Shown here piece by piece: positions 1 to 14,446 of a stretch of DNA of 64,000 nt. The stretch's first letter is position 1. Each line of letters begins with the position of its first letter. The translations under genes were made by a program, and so were the position numbers. This stretch comes from Octopus vulgaris (lineage: Eukaryota): positions 57,226,001 through 57,290,000 of the forward strand of contig OX597828.1 in the NCBI GenBank assembly GCA_951406725.2, given 5' to 3'. The notes below the pieces were generated by a model that searched no databases, was not told the DNA's origin, and saw only the letters and a program-made list of their open reading frames with translations.

Positions 1-1339
1 AATGCTACTCTAAACCAATTTTTGTGTAGCCTATACAGAAGAAGAATCTCAATGTCCCCAACATTTTACAGTTCATGAAAACTGAGAACAAAGCACTAAC
101 TCAAGCACTATATTACGATATCGAGTTTTCCAGAAATACACAGATTTTGAAAAAAAAACATACTAAAAATTTATAAGAAAAGCGTGTTAAAATACTATCA
201 AAATAATACAAGATTGATGAATATTGAGGGAAATGTCAAGTAGAATATTTCATTTTGTATTTGGTTTGCAGGAATCTTGACGAGAACTTGTGTGCTGAAA
301 CAGATTTGTGTCTTGGGAAGGCTCCGTTATGGCAATAATAAACACACCCACAGGTTCTATTACATTTCGTTATTTTTAAATTTACAATTGCTTAACTATT
401 TTACTATTTAAGAGATTGTTTGATGAATCCTTCGATCAATCAATCAATCAATCAATTAGCTTGTTTGATTGGCTGGGTATTTATCAGCTACTCGTTTGAT
501 TAATTGGTTAATTGGCTATGCAACTGGACAAACACTGATAGAAAAGTGAACGTTGAAAAGAAAGTGTATTTGTTTATTATTGTTTGCAGAACGACACTTC
601 CGAGATACAAAATAAGATCTCGATTAGAAGGATACTATATACTGTATGTTTTGCTGTCCCATCAACCTCGAGATGTACAATGGATTTTCTGCCTTGATTA
701 GTTTATGTAGAAATTGTAAATCTATAAGTTAGCTTACTTGAAGTATCAGAGAGAATGAAACGCAGGAAATAAAATGAAATAGAAACAATTGTAACGAGTT
801 GTCTGTAAAATGTGTAGATGTATTTGGATACTTTGTATGAAAGCACTAAAGTAGGATTATTTCACATACAAGGAAGTTGGGAATACCGTATTGGATAAGA
901 CACAGTTTAGTAAAAAAAATCAAAGCGAATGGCGGTGTTCAAAGTGGAAAAGGGAAATGATCTGAGATAAAAGAATTAATATCCGTGACGTAACTAAAAG
1001 CTAAAGCTTGATGCTGCTATAAAATGTGTTATAGAGGCGTCGACGTTTCTATTATAGCTTACGAAGCAGATACGATGTAATTATAAGAATTGCTCCCTGA
1101 TTAGACACAAGCCAGTCAGTTGCCCAGGAGAAATAGATGGAGCCCATACATTGAGTGAAACATCAGTTTATTTCCTTTGGAGGGATGAAAAACAAAATTG
1201 ATTTCAATGGATGGGAACATAGAAAGAATACAGTTGGAAGAGTTATCGCTGACCTAGCGTCAGGCGTAACAGTAGTGCTAGAATCCTTGATCTAAATCTC
1301 AAACAGGAAAGTGAGGTTTGAAAAATGTCAGATCGTGAC

Positions 1340-2000
1340 GTCACACGAAACATCGTAGCAAGTGAGTGATTAAGGAACATCTCAATAAGGTTTTCTGCTT
1401 GAGACTGTTCTTGATTCGACGATCATTCGGAATGCTCACAGCAGCCATATTCCTACCGCTCTATGTCACGCTGGTGAGACCCATATTGGAGTACGGGATT
1501 CAAGCCTCTTCTCCTTATCTCCTCAAAGACATACAGCATCTCGAAAGAGTCCAGAAGCTGGCAACCCGCATGGTTCTTGGTCTCAAGAATTTGTCTTATG
1601 AAGAAAGGCTGAAGACGCTCAACCTTTATTCTCTAGAAAAACGCCGCCGCCGTGGTGATCTCATTCTTGCTCACAACATCATAAGCGGAAAGTGTAACCT
1701 CTCGAAAGAGCTGTTCTTCACTCCTGCTCCAGAGCATCGGCTGCGGGGTCATTTCGAAAAGCTCTATCTGCGACGATTTCATCTCAATCGAAGGAGAGGG
1801 GCTCTCTCCGTCCGGGTTGCGGATCCGTGGAATAAGCTGCCGGACGAGATTGTGAAGATGCCGACGACCGCTCGGTTCAAAGTCTCCCTTGACCTCAAGT
1901 GGCCTGAACTCTTTACATGAACACCACCCTGTACATAACTCCATGTCTCCCTACATGGCCTTGCTTTTTGCTTTTTGAGCCAAAAAATTAACTGACGAAC
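1340..2000 (+). mobile_element. 5'-truncated CR1/L2-clade LINE, 3' end of ORF2 (RT C-terminal region) plus 3' UTR
   Basis: ORF 1366-1920 has typical CR1-type motifs LYVTLVRPILEY, LERVQKLATRMV, LSYEERL, SLEKRRRRGDLI and WNKLP. Boundaries approximate. Confidence 0.85.
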
Positions 2001-2860
2001 TAGAGATACTGAACGGATGTCGTTTTAACTACAGGCTTAAAATTTTCATTCAAAATACATGAAATAACAACATGAAGAGACAAACGCTATCAATTGTGCC
2101 AACGATATTCTTATTTCACATCATTTTAGGACTTGGGTACCTTAACATCATTGTTTTCATTCATATACACGTAGTTAGACTTTATAGCGTCTAAAACGGC
2201 AGGCAATTTAACAGTAGCAGAATCACCACCCTACTACATCTACACAGCAGTTTGCCAACGGTACTTCAATATCAACACACCTTTATAATCTCAGTAACTA
2301 CTACTAAATTCAGGCCACGACAGACACGGAGGATTTCTTGAAGCCGAGAATTTGAAATTACGCAGACAATATTTACATATCGCCAGAGAAAACACAACCA
2401 GAGTTCAAAACGCAGGGAAACAGTTGCATAACCAATTACCTGCATACCTTGAAAACTTGGTTGCGTGGAAACAATTGTAGTAATAGAAAATAAATGTCCA
2501 ACTGTACACCTTCTTGTTGACTCTAATTTTTTTCAATTATCTATTCACACACGACAGATGCCCAAACGCAAACCTGAAGGTAGACGAGCTTTATACTATA
2601 CTCTACTACATTCTTCAGAGAATATACATAACCTAAATATGCGTGTGAAGGTGTATGTGTTTGTTTCTTTGTGCCTGTGCTTGTCCCACCTATCACCAAC
2701 TGAAAACTTGTGTTGGTGTGTTTACGTCCCCGTAAATTAGCGATTCAGCAAAGGAACCAATAGAATAAGTATCAGGCTTACGAAATAAGTTCTGAAGTCA
2801 ATTTGTTCGACTACAATGAGGTGTACAACAGCAGGACCGCTGTCAAAGGACTAGTGAAAG

Positions 2861-2915
<55 letters not shown>

Positions 2916-2936
2916 TTATATATATATATATATATA

Positions 2937-3152
2937 GTTAATCCAAGCATGAAAACACAAAGAGAAAACACAACAACGCGAGGACGTTGAACAAATATAG
3001 TATTATAGAACGCTCAGGAAGGAAGGAAAGAAGGAGGGCTTAACGTTTCGAGCGGAGCTCTTCGTCGGAAACATAGGAGAAGGAAAGATCCCGAGAAGGG
3101 AAGACAGAGGGAAAAAAATAAATCGACAACGGTACACACGCGGTCACATTCT
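2937..3152 (-). mobile_element. Short element between (TA)n tracts carrying a minimal hammerhead-like motif (probable Penelope-like terminal repeat)
   Basis: The minus strand at 3038-3072 reads GTTT CCGACGA A GAGC-TCC-GCTC GAAA CGTT AAGC. The element is homologous to the plus-strand copy at about 25146-25350. Confidence 0.55.
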
Positions 3153-3199
3153 GAATATATATATATCTATATATATATATATGAATATATGTACATATA

Positions 3200-3580
3200 C
3201 TCTTTACTCTTTTTACTCTTATTTGTTTCAGTCATTTGACTGTGGCCAAGCTGGAGCATCGCTTTAAGTCGAACAAATCGACCCCAGAACTTATTCCTTG
3301 TAAGCCTAGTACTTATTCTAACGGTCTGTCTTGCCGAACTGCTAAGTTATGGAAACGTAGACACACCAACACCGGTTGTCAAGAAGATGGTGGGGATGGA
3401 AAGACAGGCACAGAAACTCACACACACACAGATATATACTACGGGCTTCTTTCAGATTCCGTCTACCAAATCCAGTCACTGGTTGTAGCAGAAAAAAACT
3501 GCCGGAGGTTCCCTTCAGTGGGACTGAACACAGAACCATGTGGTTGGTAAGCAAGCTACGTATTACACAGCCACTCCTGC
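3200..3580 (-). mobile_element. tRNA-derived SINE, family B (CORE-like centre, internal microsatellite)
   Basis: Minus-strand head GCAGGAGTGGCTGTGT...GGTTCTGTGTTCAGTCCCAC and AAGAGTAAA-type tail. Other copies at about 2650-2860(+), 11620-12017(-), 12770-13030(+), 13440-14115(-), 22925-23332(+), 34893-35313(-), 35705-35880(+), 39379-39790(+) and 53826-53987(-). Confidence 0.8.
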
Positions 3581-3695
3581 ATATATGTATATATATGCAT
3601 GTATGTATGTATGTATGTATGTATGTATGTATGTATGTATGTATGTATGCATGTATATGTATATATATGTATGTATATATATGTATATATATATG

Positions 3696-3783
<88 letters not shown>

Positions 3784-3789
3784 AAAACA

Positions 3790-4030
3790 TGAGGGACTTT
3801 CCCGTAATTACACGATGTTTGGCGGTTCGGCAAACTCTTGCGGAACACAGATGATTTGTTTACACTGATCAAATGTCTTTGTACGCAAGCACACTCCCGC
3901 CGTCATATCGGTATTACCTGTACAGGTGCAACATGTGCCATATTTGAGATGACGAAATGATCGCAGTGCAACGTGAAATGAAGTGTTTTGCTCAAAAACA
4001 CAACCCAACGCCCAGTCTGGGAATCGGTGA
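3790..4030 (-). mobile_element. Dispersed SINE-like repeat
   Basis: Reverse complement aligns with 21695-21905 (TTTTTGAGCAA..CACTTCATTTC.CGTTGC..., ACCTGTACAGGTAAT). Confidence 0.55.
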
Positions 4031-4869
4031 TGCAGTCAAGTTTCAAGAGGTTAGTACCTTAATAAGTAACAAGGCTCGAAATGTGCAGAAATAAATATTT
4101 TCTCGGGTCCTCAATTGATGTCTACGCAGAACATGAAAGATTTGACACTGTGATATTGAGGCCGCCTCAGGTTTAGGTTGGTATTTATTTCTGTGTAAAT
4201 TAGAGTGACCTGAAAAGTAAAGGTTTGCTCGAGGACACAACGCAAGTGTCAAGAATCAAAGCTTCATACATATAATAGTGAGCAGAAATTCTAATCACAA
4301 AAGGACGGGATACCTCTTATAATCTATATATGAATATGTATGCGTGAAATCGTGTGTTTTTGTGTGTGCGGGGTGTGAGTTCTCTTCTGTTTTTGATTAT
4401 TTGAAATTTTATTCTGAGGATAGAGAGATTCTTTCTAACAAATATGCAAATCCTTGTCGTGAGAATGTAATAATTAAAACAAAATTCACATTGTAAATTC
4501 GAGAAAAGTTTTGCATATTTTTATTTTTGTTGTTGCAACGTGTGAATTATTTGATTCTTTCTCTGAAAGTTTTAAGTTATTCAGTTTATCACTTAGCTAT
4601 TTATTCACAAAACCAAGTGCATCAATTATTACAGGTTTAGATTTTAATTTATAATCTAGACTTAGCAACTGGAACTTTCGAAAGAGTTATCTGCATCTAT
4701 TCTCTTTCTCATTTCTTCAACAGGTATTCACATTAACAGGCAGCGGACCTTCATAACCTTTCTTCTCTGTCCAAAACAATATCCGGCCTAGTCTGTTTAC
4801 ACTATGCAGCAGCTTTCAATGGGATGTTCCACCAATGTTCTTCCTAATAACACTTTCTTAAATCATGTT

Positions 4870-5310
4870 CCCACTTAACTGGAGGTCTTCAGAGTTTTCT
4901 TTTCCGTTTGCACAGGTACTACTGCACAACTGCACGGGTCCGGCGATTGTCTGTGAACTTTGCAACATGACCGGCCCAGAGCTTTGGGTGATGCTATTCC
5001 TCGGCGACGTCCTTCACTCCAGTTTTTCTCTGATCTTCTCTTTCCGGCCTTCATCTCTTAGAGAGATTCCCAACATAGCCCTTTTCATGGCTCTCTGCGC
5101 TGTAAGCAGAAGTTGTTGTATCTTCGTCAAGCCCGAAGTCTCACATTCGCATAGCATTACAGGCAAGACTGCGTTGTTGAAGAGATTGGTGAGAGTTGCC
5201 TTGTCCACTTTCGCCTTCAGCACATCCTTCACCGAGTTGGTCACTCTCCATCCTGTTCTTACACTTCGCGAGATCTCGTTCTCCGTCTTTCACCTCATAG
5301 TCAATTCTTA
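4870..5310 (-). mobile_element. RTE-clade LINE fragment
   Basis: ORF 5014-5244 reads LFNNAVLPVMLCECET..LTK...TAQRAMKRAMLGISLRD, the RTE post-RT motif. Confidence 0.75.
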
Positions 5311-6349
5311 CCGAGATGCCTACACCTGCGTTTTAGTGTAGCATTTTAGCGTGAAATAATTTGACAATTGGTGCTTATTTGGAATCTCATTTGTATCAGT
5401 CCGATGGCATTGTATGTTTGTATGCTTAATTTGTAACCCTTTATTACTAAGTGCCTTTTGAAATTGTATTTTCGAGCTATTAAATTTGTATCGATGATAT
5501 CGTGATATTTTTGCTTCCGTCTCTCTGAGTCTTGTCATGGGATTCCACTATTTTTAAAAAGTGAAGCCTTTGAACTAGCGTTTAGTTTTGTTGCTTGTTT
5601 GTTTGAGCAATAAGAAGATATTGTTAATGAACTTCTTTGTTGCTTGGATATACTTACGGATATTTCGATATAAATTTGACTTGCAAGATTGTTCATGTGA
5701 AATAACAATGTTTAAAAAGTTTATTTCGAGCATTCATCTAGCAGTAAACTGTCGTTTTATTCATATTAGTTTGTTGCAGGAATATCATATAATTTCTTTA
5801 TTTTTAATAGCCACGTAATTTCTTTATTTTGCAGGAATATCATATGTTTCATCTTCACAATATTTTAGAAAATATAGAAATTATTTGCATCGTTTGTGAT
5901 GAATGTAATAGTTTATCTCACGAAGTAGGATGTATTATTTTGCTTTGATTAATGTTAGTTTGAATTTTTTTGTTCTGTGAATTTGAGAATAGCTACAGAG
6001 TTACAGAAAAGATGGAAGCAATACAGAGTTTAAATATGATTAAGTTACTTGTAAGAAGTGGAGACATCGAAATGTTGTTATCAAGCCATTCCTAGTTTCG
6101 ATCTCTCAATTGCCTCTACTTCAAAGATTGCTTATCTGAAACAGAATATTCAGACACGTTTTATTTCGAGTGTAATTGGACCAGTAAAATTACATACACT
6201 GGTTGCAGTTCCCTTATTCATTGTAAACATAGAATATTACTTATCGATTACTTTTTCAAGCGAATTTAATCAGACATCAGTGGTCTAATCAATGACTTGA
6301 ATATACCTTGAATAATCTTCATGCTAAATGTGTTACAAGATATTCTTTT

Positions 6350-7065
6350 CTCCTCTAGGCACAAGGCTCGAACGTTTGGGGGATGGAGACAGTCAATTAA
6401 ATCGACCCGGTACGCAACTGCTAATTAATTTGTCGACCCCGAAAGGATGACAGGCAAAGTCGACCCAGGCGGAATTTGAACACAGAACGTAAAGACAGAC
6501 GAAATACCTATTTCTTTATTACCCACAAGGGGCCAAACATAGAGGGGACAAACAAGGGCAGACATAGGTATTAAGTCGATTACATCGACCCCAGTGCGTA
6601 ACTGGTACTTAATTTATCGACCCCGAAAGGATGAAAGGCAAAGTCGAACTCGGCGCAAATTGAACACAGAACGTAAAGACAGACGAAATACCTATTTCTT
6701 TACTACCCCCAAGGGGCTAAACACAGAGGGGACAAACAAGGACAGACAAACGGATTAAGTCGATTATATTGACCCCAGTCCGATTGTACCGACCCCGAAA
6801 GGATGAAAGGCAAAGTCGACGTCGGCGGAATTCGAACACAGAACGTAAAGACAGACGAAATACCTATTTCTTTATTACCCACAAGGGGCTAAACACAGAG
6901 GGGACAAACAAGGACAGACATAGGTATTAAGTCGATTACATCGACCCCAGTGCGTAACTGGCACTTAATTTATCGACCCCGAAAGGATGAAAGGCAAAGT
7001 CGACCTCGGCGGAATTTGAACTCACAACGTAACGCAGACGAAATACCGCTAAGCATTTCGTCCGT
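6350..7065 (-). mobile_element. Head-to-tail multimer of tRNA-derived SINE family A
   Basis: About four units of roughly 170-185 bp with core GACCCCGAAAGGATGAAAGGCAAAGTCGAC and a B-box-like GAGTTCAAAT on the minus strand. Other copies at about 8450-8725(-), 10866-11094(-), 11295-11523(+), 13612-13842(+), 16561-16755(+) and 60240-60600(+). Confidence 0.8.
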
Positions 7066-7574
7066 ACGAGAGAGCAACAACATCAGAAATGTCGACAATT
7101 GTCCTTCATCGATCCTCACGCACATTTTCGAGGGTGATCATTATGGCAAGTCTTCCAGATCGCTCAGCGTCTTCTAGGGACACTCTTCCGCTTTTGAAGC
7201 GCCCGTGCCACTCGAAACATTACATAAATCAATTGCCTCGCGCCGTAAGCTTCAGGAAGCATGCTTAATGTCTCTATAGTAGACTTCCTCAAAATTTCAC
7301 TTAGGCTCTTTGTTCCAACTTCCTGTCCATGGCAAAATCAGCTTACATATCATCACAAAAACACAACTATCACAGCCTGCAAGATAGACAGAGCAACATC
7401 ACTCAGCACACTTCCCAGTGGAGGTCAACGCTACCTCTCATTGTACACGGAATCACATGTTGCTACCTGTCGGCGTGCCGCAGAACTAATCCTGGGACTT
7501 CTTGATACCACCTCGTTTATACTACACATAAACACATACATATATAAGCATAAATATATATATATATACGTATA

Positions 7575-8290
7575 TATCAGGTCATCCCATAAGGTCTGTC
7601 TGAATTTTGAATAAAGAAAACAAGTGATCAAATATTAAGTTTAATTAAAATTTAATCATCAGTGTACTTTCCCTGATTATCTATATCTTCCTTCCATCTA
7701 TTTACAACTTTTTAATCCCATCAATGTAAAACTCTTTTGGTTTCAAAGCGAACAACTCTGAAATGTTAGTTTCGACCTCCTCCCTGCACGTGAAAGTTAT
7801 GTCCCCCAAACGATTCTGTAAACTACGAAACAAATGGTAGCCTGAAGGAGAAAGGTCAGGAAAATGAGGTGGATGAGGACTTTTTTCCCTGCCAAGCTTT
7901 TCAATCTTCTGTGATGTGATCTTTGCAGTGTGGGGTCGCGCAGTGTCCCGAAGAAACATCACTCCTTTTCTATTCACTAAAGTGGGTCTTTTTTCTTCAA
8001 AGGTTGGTTCAAACGCACTAATTGCTGAGAGTAGACTTGAGCATTGATTTTAGGTGGTAATAATTCAAAATGAATTACACCTTTGCAATCCCACCATATA
8101 GAGTGAAACTTTTTTTTTTCCATGAAATTCCCTTCTCGGTTGTGGTTGAGCTGTTCCCTTTTCCAAGCCACTGTTTACGGCGTTTAAAATTTCGATAGAA
8201 GATCCATTTTTCGTCATCAGCCACAAGTCTATCCAAAAAGGGTGAAATGAGTTCACGAGAATGGAGAGAAGAGCAGAATAAAGCTAATAT
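7575..8290 (-). mobile_element. Degenerate mariner (Tc1/mariner) transposon, DDD catalytic region with one TIR
   Basis: Frameshifted fragments WWDCKGVIHFELL, INAQVYSQQL, DTARPHTA, HPPHFPDLSPSGYHLFRSLQN and FYIDGIKKL. TA-CAGGTCATCCCATAAG-like terminus at about 7575. Confidence 0.9.
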
Positions 8291-8799
8291 AATAGCATGA
8301 ACAGGATAAATTATCCAAATTTTCAGCTCATTATTTCGATAGTTTTATGAACTTATACGATGTAGCTTCTCATATGTTGCTAAAACTTGCCCAAAGTAAC
8401 ACAAATTTATTATATTAAAAATATGAATTTCAAGCTGTTATATATGTTCCTTTATTGCCCACAAGGGGCTAAACATCGGCGGAATTTGAACTCGGAACGT
8501 AACGGCAGAGGCAATACGGCTATCAAGATATTATATATATTTCTTTACTGCCCACAAGGGGCTAAACACAGAGGGGACAAACAAGGACAGACATAGGTAT
8601 TAAGTCGATTACATCGACCCCAGTGCGTAACTGGTACTTAATTTATCGACCCCGAAAGGATGAAAGGTAAAGTCGACCTCGGCGCAATTTGAACTCAGAA
8701 CGTAACGGCAGACGCAATACGGCTATCAAGATGTTATATATTTATTCACCCGTCGTTCTAAATCTACTATTATGACGTATTGCTCATCTAGTTTTTTTT

Positions 8800-9993
8800 C
8801 TATTCTGTACACAAGAAAGAAGTAAATAATATTGAAGTTATTACTGTTACTACAATGCTAATTTTCAGGAATGCCTCATCAAGTCGAAAATATTCGGTTA
8901 TACCACATTTTCTTTTCGTCTTTGATTTTGAGTTCAAAGTTATGAGATCGATCTCTCTCGTGGAAATTGTTGAAATATCCGCAATTTTGTTGCTTCGAGA
9001 TTTGTTTGTCGTTTGATCTGGGACATTCGATGTCTTTTCATCAGATGACTGAATGACATACAACTTGCATATAATCACCGACCCGAGTGTTGCGATTCCA
9101 CTTAAGAATGATAATAGCATCAAGTATGTCATAAGAAGTGAAGGGAATTTGGAATTCTTCGGTGTAGTTTTCTCGATTTCAACAAGATACAAGACGTTTG
9201 ATAAAAATATTGTCGTAGCTAGAGAAACTTTTTCCCCTGATTCCGGAGGTAGAACGAAGACAAATATAGTCAAAATAGTCATCATTATTGTTGGAATCAG
9301 CATAGCTACAATAGCTATTGTGAGTTTACGTCGTAAATGCAAATCAGCAACTGCAAAGCTGAATCTGTGGTCGGTAGCATTTTTCATACCATTGTAGTCG
9401 ATGTCCCACTTATAGTTTTGGGAATAATTTAAATCCTTATATGTAAGTGACATTATTCTGGTATGGACAGGTTCATGCAAAGCAACGCAAATGAATATTT
9501 CGCACTCATGCTGGTCAAACGGATAGGCGAAAGCATTGAAAGAGCAGTAGGTTTTCAGCAGTTTTAGTGACCGCATTGTGACACGTCCATTATTAGAAAC
9601 TTTTACTTCCTGAAAGATGCCTTTCTCTTCTGATTCCTTCATTGAATTGCACATTGCGATTTCTGGTGTCCACAGCTTATCTTTTTCTAGGTACATAACT
9701 GTAATGTTGTTGTAATCCAATGGATTCCAAGTCAGAAGTTCGTCAGTCCATTCTAGACCAAAGTCGTACCGAGCCATAATTATGTTATTTACAAAGTCCA
9801 AACCATAGAATGTGTGAAGAAATAAAACAGCTTCTATATTGATAGTTGTAGATGAATCAATAACAGGCCTCACACTTTTGCTATAATTAGATAATAAAGT
9901 CGCTTGTAATAATGTTTCATCATTGTACATGGGGCTCGAAATTACTATAGATATAACCGGTATCAGAATCAGAAAATATTTGTTTGACATCAT
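8800..9993 (-). CDS. Octopus chemotactile receptor (atypical nAChR-like pentameric ligand-gated channel subunit), intronless, 397 aa
   Basis: Signal peptide, LLSNYSKSVRPV, W-x-D-x-x-L-x-W-x-P, LWTP, Cys-loop C-x13-C (CSFNAFAYPFDQHEC), M1-M2 LPPESGEKVSL, four TM helices. No vicinal loop-C cysteines and no introns. Confidence 0.93.
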   Translation of the reverse strand: MMSNKYFLILIPVISIVISSPMYNDETLLQATLLSNYSKSVRPVIDSSTTINIEAVLFLHTFYGLDFVNNIIMARYDFGLEWTDELLTWNPLDYNNITVMYLEKDKLWTPEIAMCNSMKESEEKGIFQEVKVSNNGRVTMRSLKLLKTYCSFNAFAYPFDQHECEIFICVALHEPVHTRIMSLTYKDLNYSQNYKWDIDYNGMKNATDHRFSFAVADLHLRRKLTIAIVAMLIPTIMMTILTIFVFVLPPESGEKVSLATTIFLSNVLYLVEIEKTTPKNSKFPSLLMTYLMLLSFLSGIATLGSVIICKLYVIQSSDEKTSNVPDQTTNKSRSNKIADISTISTREIDLITLNSKSKTKRKCGITEYFRLDEAFLKISIVVTVITSILFTSFLCTE

Positions 9994-10842
9994 TTTTCAG
10001 AATTAATTCCGAATTGAAATTTCAGTGTTTCCGTGTGTAATTTAATATTGTCATCTTATGAATATAGATTACTGGTAATTTTATAATTCGTTCAATTATC
10101 TTGAATGAAAGAAAAGCAGTTATTAAATTAATTGTAATATGATATATTTCTAATATCTGGAATACGGGCAAGTAATTCCATTACTCATAAAGGCATCAAA
10201 GACATGATTATCAAAATATGCTGCGGATAAACCTTTCTGATTTTCGTTTTAAAGTATGAAATCTAATAAATTACTATTGTGTTATTGGTGAATTTTTACA
10301 CTAGAGATGTGAATAGAATTTACCAGTTTGCAGAAGGTTTCTCATTTAAATACGTCAATTTTGTAAATTTCATTAGATTAATTGGCGAATTATATTAGGT
10401 ATATTCCCATATTAGCGAATTTAGTCTCAACTGGAAATTATGTTAGTAAATATGTTCCGTGTGACAAAATGTACGCTGTATTTCCATTGTTGATATGTAA
10501 AATAGCAGATTGTCGTGCATATGTGTATATGTGTTGATAAAGAAACGAATTACTCCGAAACCTGTATGTGATCCTCAAAATAATGGGTTGAATCAGCAAT
10601 CTGAAACAAAACGATAATTCATTATATCCAATCATACAAAATCATTACGCTTGAAAAACACATATGTAATATGTTTCTGTTGACCATCTTCCAACCATTA
10701 CACTCAATGACATAAATATAGCAATATTAAAATAATGTAAAGTACGCAACGATACGTTTACTAAGTAATGCGCATCATCAGCATCACTCGTAGTGGGAAA
10801 ATACGAAGTGGTTCAGAGCTACGTAACTCTAATGATCTCAAG

Positions 10843-11545
<703 letters not shown>

Positions 11546-11564
11546 ATATATATATATAATACTC

Positions 11565-11620
<56 letters not shown>

Positions 11621-12015
11621 TCTTTACTCTTTACTCTTTTACTTGTTTCAGTCATTTGACTGCGGCCATGCTGGAGCACCGCCTTTAGTCGAGCAAATCG
11701 ACCCCGGGACTTATTCTTTGTAAGCCCAGTACTTATTCTATCGGTCTCATTTGCCGAACCGCTAAGTGACGGGGACGTAAGCACACCAGCATCCGTTGTC
11801 AAGCAATGCTAGGGGGACAAGCACAAACACACACACACATATATATATATACATATATACGACAGGCTTCTTTCAGTTTCCGTCTACCAAATCCACTCAC
11901 AAGGCATTGGTCGGCCCGGGGCTATAGCAGAAGATACTCGCCCAAGATGCCACGCAGTGGGACTGAACCCGGAATCATGTGGTTGGTTAGCAAGCTACTT
12001 ACCACACAGCCACTC

Positions 12016-12090
<75 letters not shown>

Positions 12091-12156
12091 ATATATATAT
12101 ATGTATATATATATATCGTTTCTACCCTCAGTATTTTAATACATACATAGTTACAT

Positions 12157-12203
<47 letters not shown>

Positions 12204-12258
12204 TATCTATATGATATATATATATTAGATGTATTATATATATATTATATATACACAC

Positions 12259-12292
<34 letters not shown>

Positions 12293-12482
12293 GTATTTAT
12301 AATATATATATATATATATATATAATTAAAGTCAAAATGAGTGTGAAAAAATTGGACATTACTTTAATGACATCAATTTAAACACCACTGGCCTAGCGTA
12401 TAAAAGACTGAGATTCAGTAAATATTATTAATACACAAATATGAGAGAGAATCCACTATGTGGACGCTCTCTCATATTTGTG

Positions 12483-12532
<50 letters not shown>

Positions 12533-13856
12533 CATATATAATAAAGGGTAAAACTACGGAATTAATAATTATTAATTTAACCAAGTAGTTCAGTATTCCA
12601 AAAGAACCATTATCAGTAAACCTATTCTATAATTATGAGTATAATTATAATTAGGGTTCATCAAAATTTGCTTAACCACATACCGAAATTTAGAAATAGC
12701 AGTTAAACTACTATTTCCCTACCATAAGAAAATATCCCAGACAGCAATACTCAACAACTGAAAGAAGCACGTCGTATATATGTATATGTATATATATATG
12801 TGTGTGTCTGTGTCTTTGTGTGGCTTTGTTTGCTCCCCCCCTAACATCGCTTGACAACTGATGCTGGTGTGTTAACCTCCTCGTAACTTAGCGGTTCGGA
12901 AAAAGAGACCGATAGAATAAGTTATAGACTTAAAAAGAATAAGTCCTGGGGTCGATTTCCTCGACTAAAAGTTTTGCTCCAGCATGGCCGCAGTCAAATG
13001 ACTGACACAAGTAAAAGAGTAAAAAAGAGTATTGTTATGCTTGCCATCTCAGTATATCTGATTTTAACTTCATCATATATAAATGAACGTTTGCCACAAG
13101 CAGAATCTGATTTTCCTTTTATTTATTAAATTTCAGCCATTTTACAGATTGCATAACACTGTCATTTATATTGAGAATTGAATTTAACATGGTATTAGTT
13201 TTCATATTTTACAGAAATATACTAAAATTTAGTTTCACTTGATGGAAGTATGTTCGATTTAAATTGACTAAATGTTGAATTACAAATTGTGTTTAAAATA
13301 CATTTGGATGCATTATCATATATGACTGAACGCAAAAAAATAATGAATCTGTTTTCTTATGACAATTGTATATATATCCGTCTATACAAATTTTATACCT
13401 TCAGAGTTTTGAATTTGTGGGAAATTATTTTGATTTTCTTTTACTCTTTTATTTGTTTCAGTCATTTGATAGCGGCCATGTTTGAGCACCCCCTTCAGTC
13501 GAAAAAATTGACTCCAGCACTTATTCCATCGGCTTCTTTTGCCGAACCACTAATTGACAGGACGCAAGCATACCAGCTTTGGCTGTCAAGTGATGGAGTG
13601 GGGACAAGTTAAGGCGGCGAGCTAGCAGACGTTAGCACGCCGGGCGAAATGCGTAGCCGTATTTCGTCTGCCGTTACGTTCTGAGTTCAAATTCCGCCGA
13701 GGTCGACTTTGCCTTTCATCCTTTCGGGATCGATTAAATAAGAAGCAGTTACGCACTGCAGTCTATATAATCGACTTAATCCATTTGTCTGTCCTTGTTT
13801 GTCCTCTCTGTGTTTAGCCCATTGTGGGCAGTAAAGAAATAGGAGGGGGGACAAAC

Positions 13857-13891
<35 letters not shown>

Positions 13892-14328
13892 CAAGCACAC
13901 ACACAAGCACACACACAAACACACACACACACACAAACACATATACATATACGACGGGCCTTTTTCAGTTTCCGTCTACCAAATTCACTCACAAGGCTTT
14001 GGTCGGCCCGGGGCTACAGAAGACAACACTTACCCAAGGTGTCACAAAGTAGGACTGAAATCCGGAAGCATGTGGTTGCTATATAAGCTAATTACCACAC
14101 AGCCACTCCCGCGCTTATTATCTCTATTTTAAATATTGTTAAAGAAAGAAAAACACATACCTGAGAAGGTAGTTTGCATTGTATCAACAAAAAATATCTT
14201 TTACAAACTGAAACCTAAATCTATCAATTAAACTGTTATCACGTTACATTTAGCAGCGAACACATCAGGCATGTTTACTTGCTTCACACACACACACATA
14301 TATATACATATGTATATGTATATATATA

Positions 14329-14446
<118 letters not shown>

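Noticed and set aside
3342-3872. Many ORFs rich in YI, CV, HT, poly-I, poly-L or poly-R (also about 11019-11369, 23945-24413 and 62663-63247)
   Set aside because: They are translations of (TA)n, (CA)n, (TAA)n and (GAA)n microsatellites and SINEs, not genes.
5680-6195. Two loosely similar segments (about 5681-5750 and 6120-6195)
   Set aside because: Similarity is too low in AT-rich DNA to support a repeat or coding call.
9053-9397. Plus-strand ORFs overlapping CR genes (also 40806-41009) and plus-strand 29592-30293 and 30580-31041
   Set aside because: Antisense shadows of CR transmembrane coding sequence or of retrotransposon RT.
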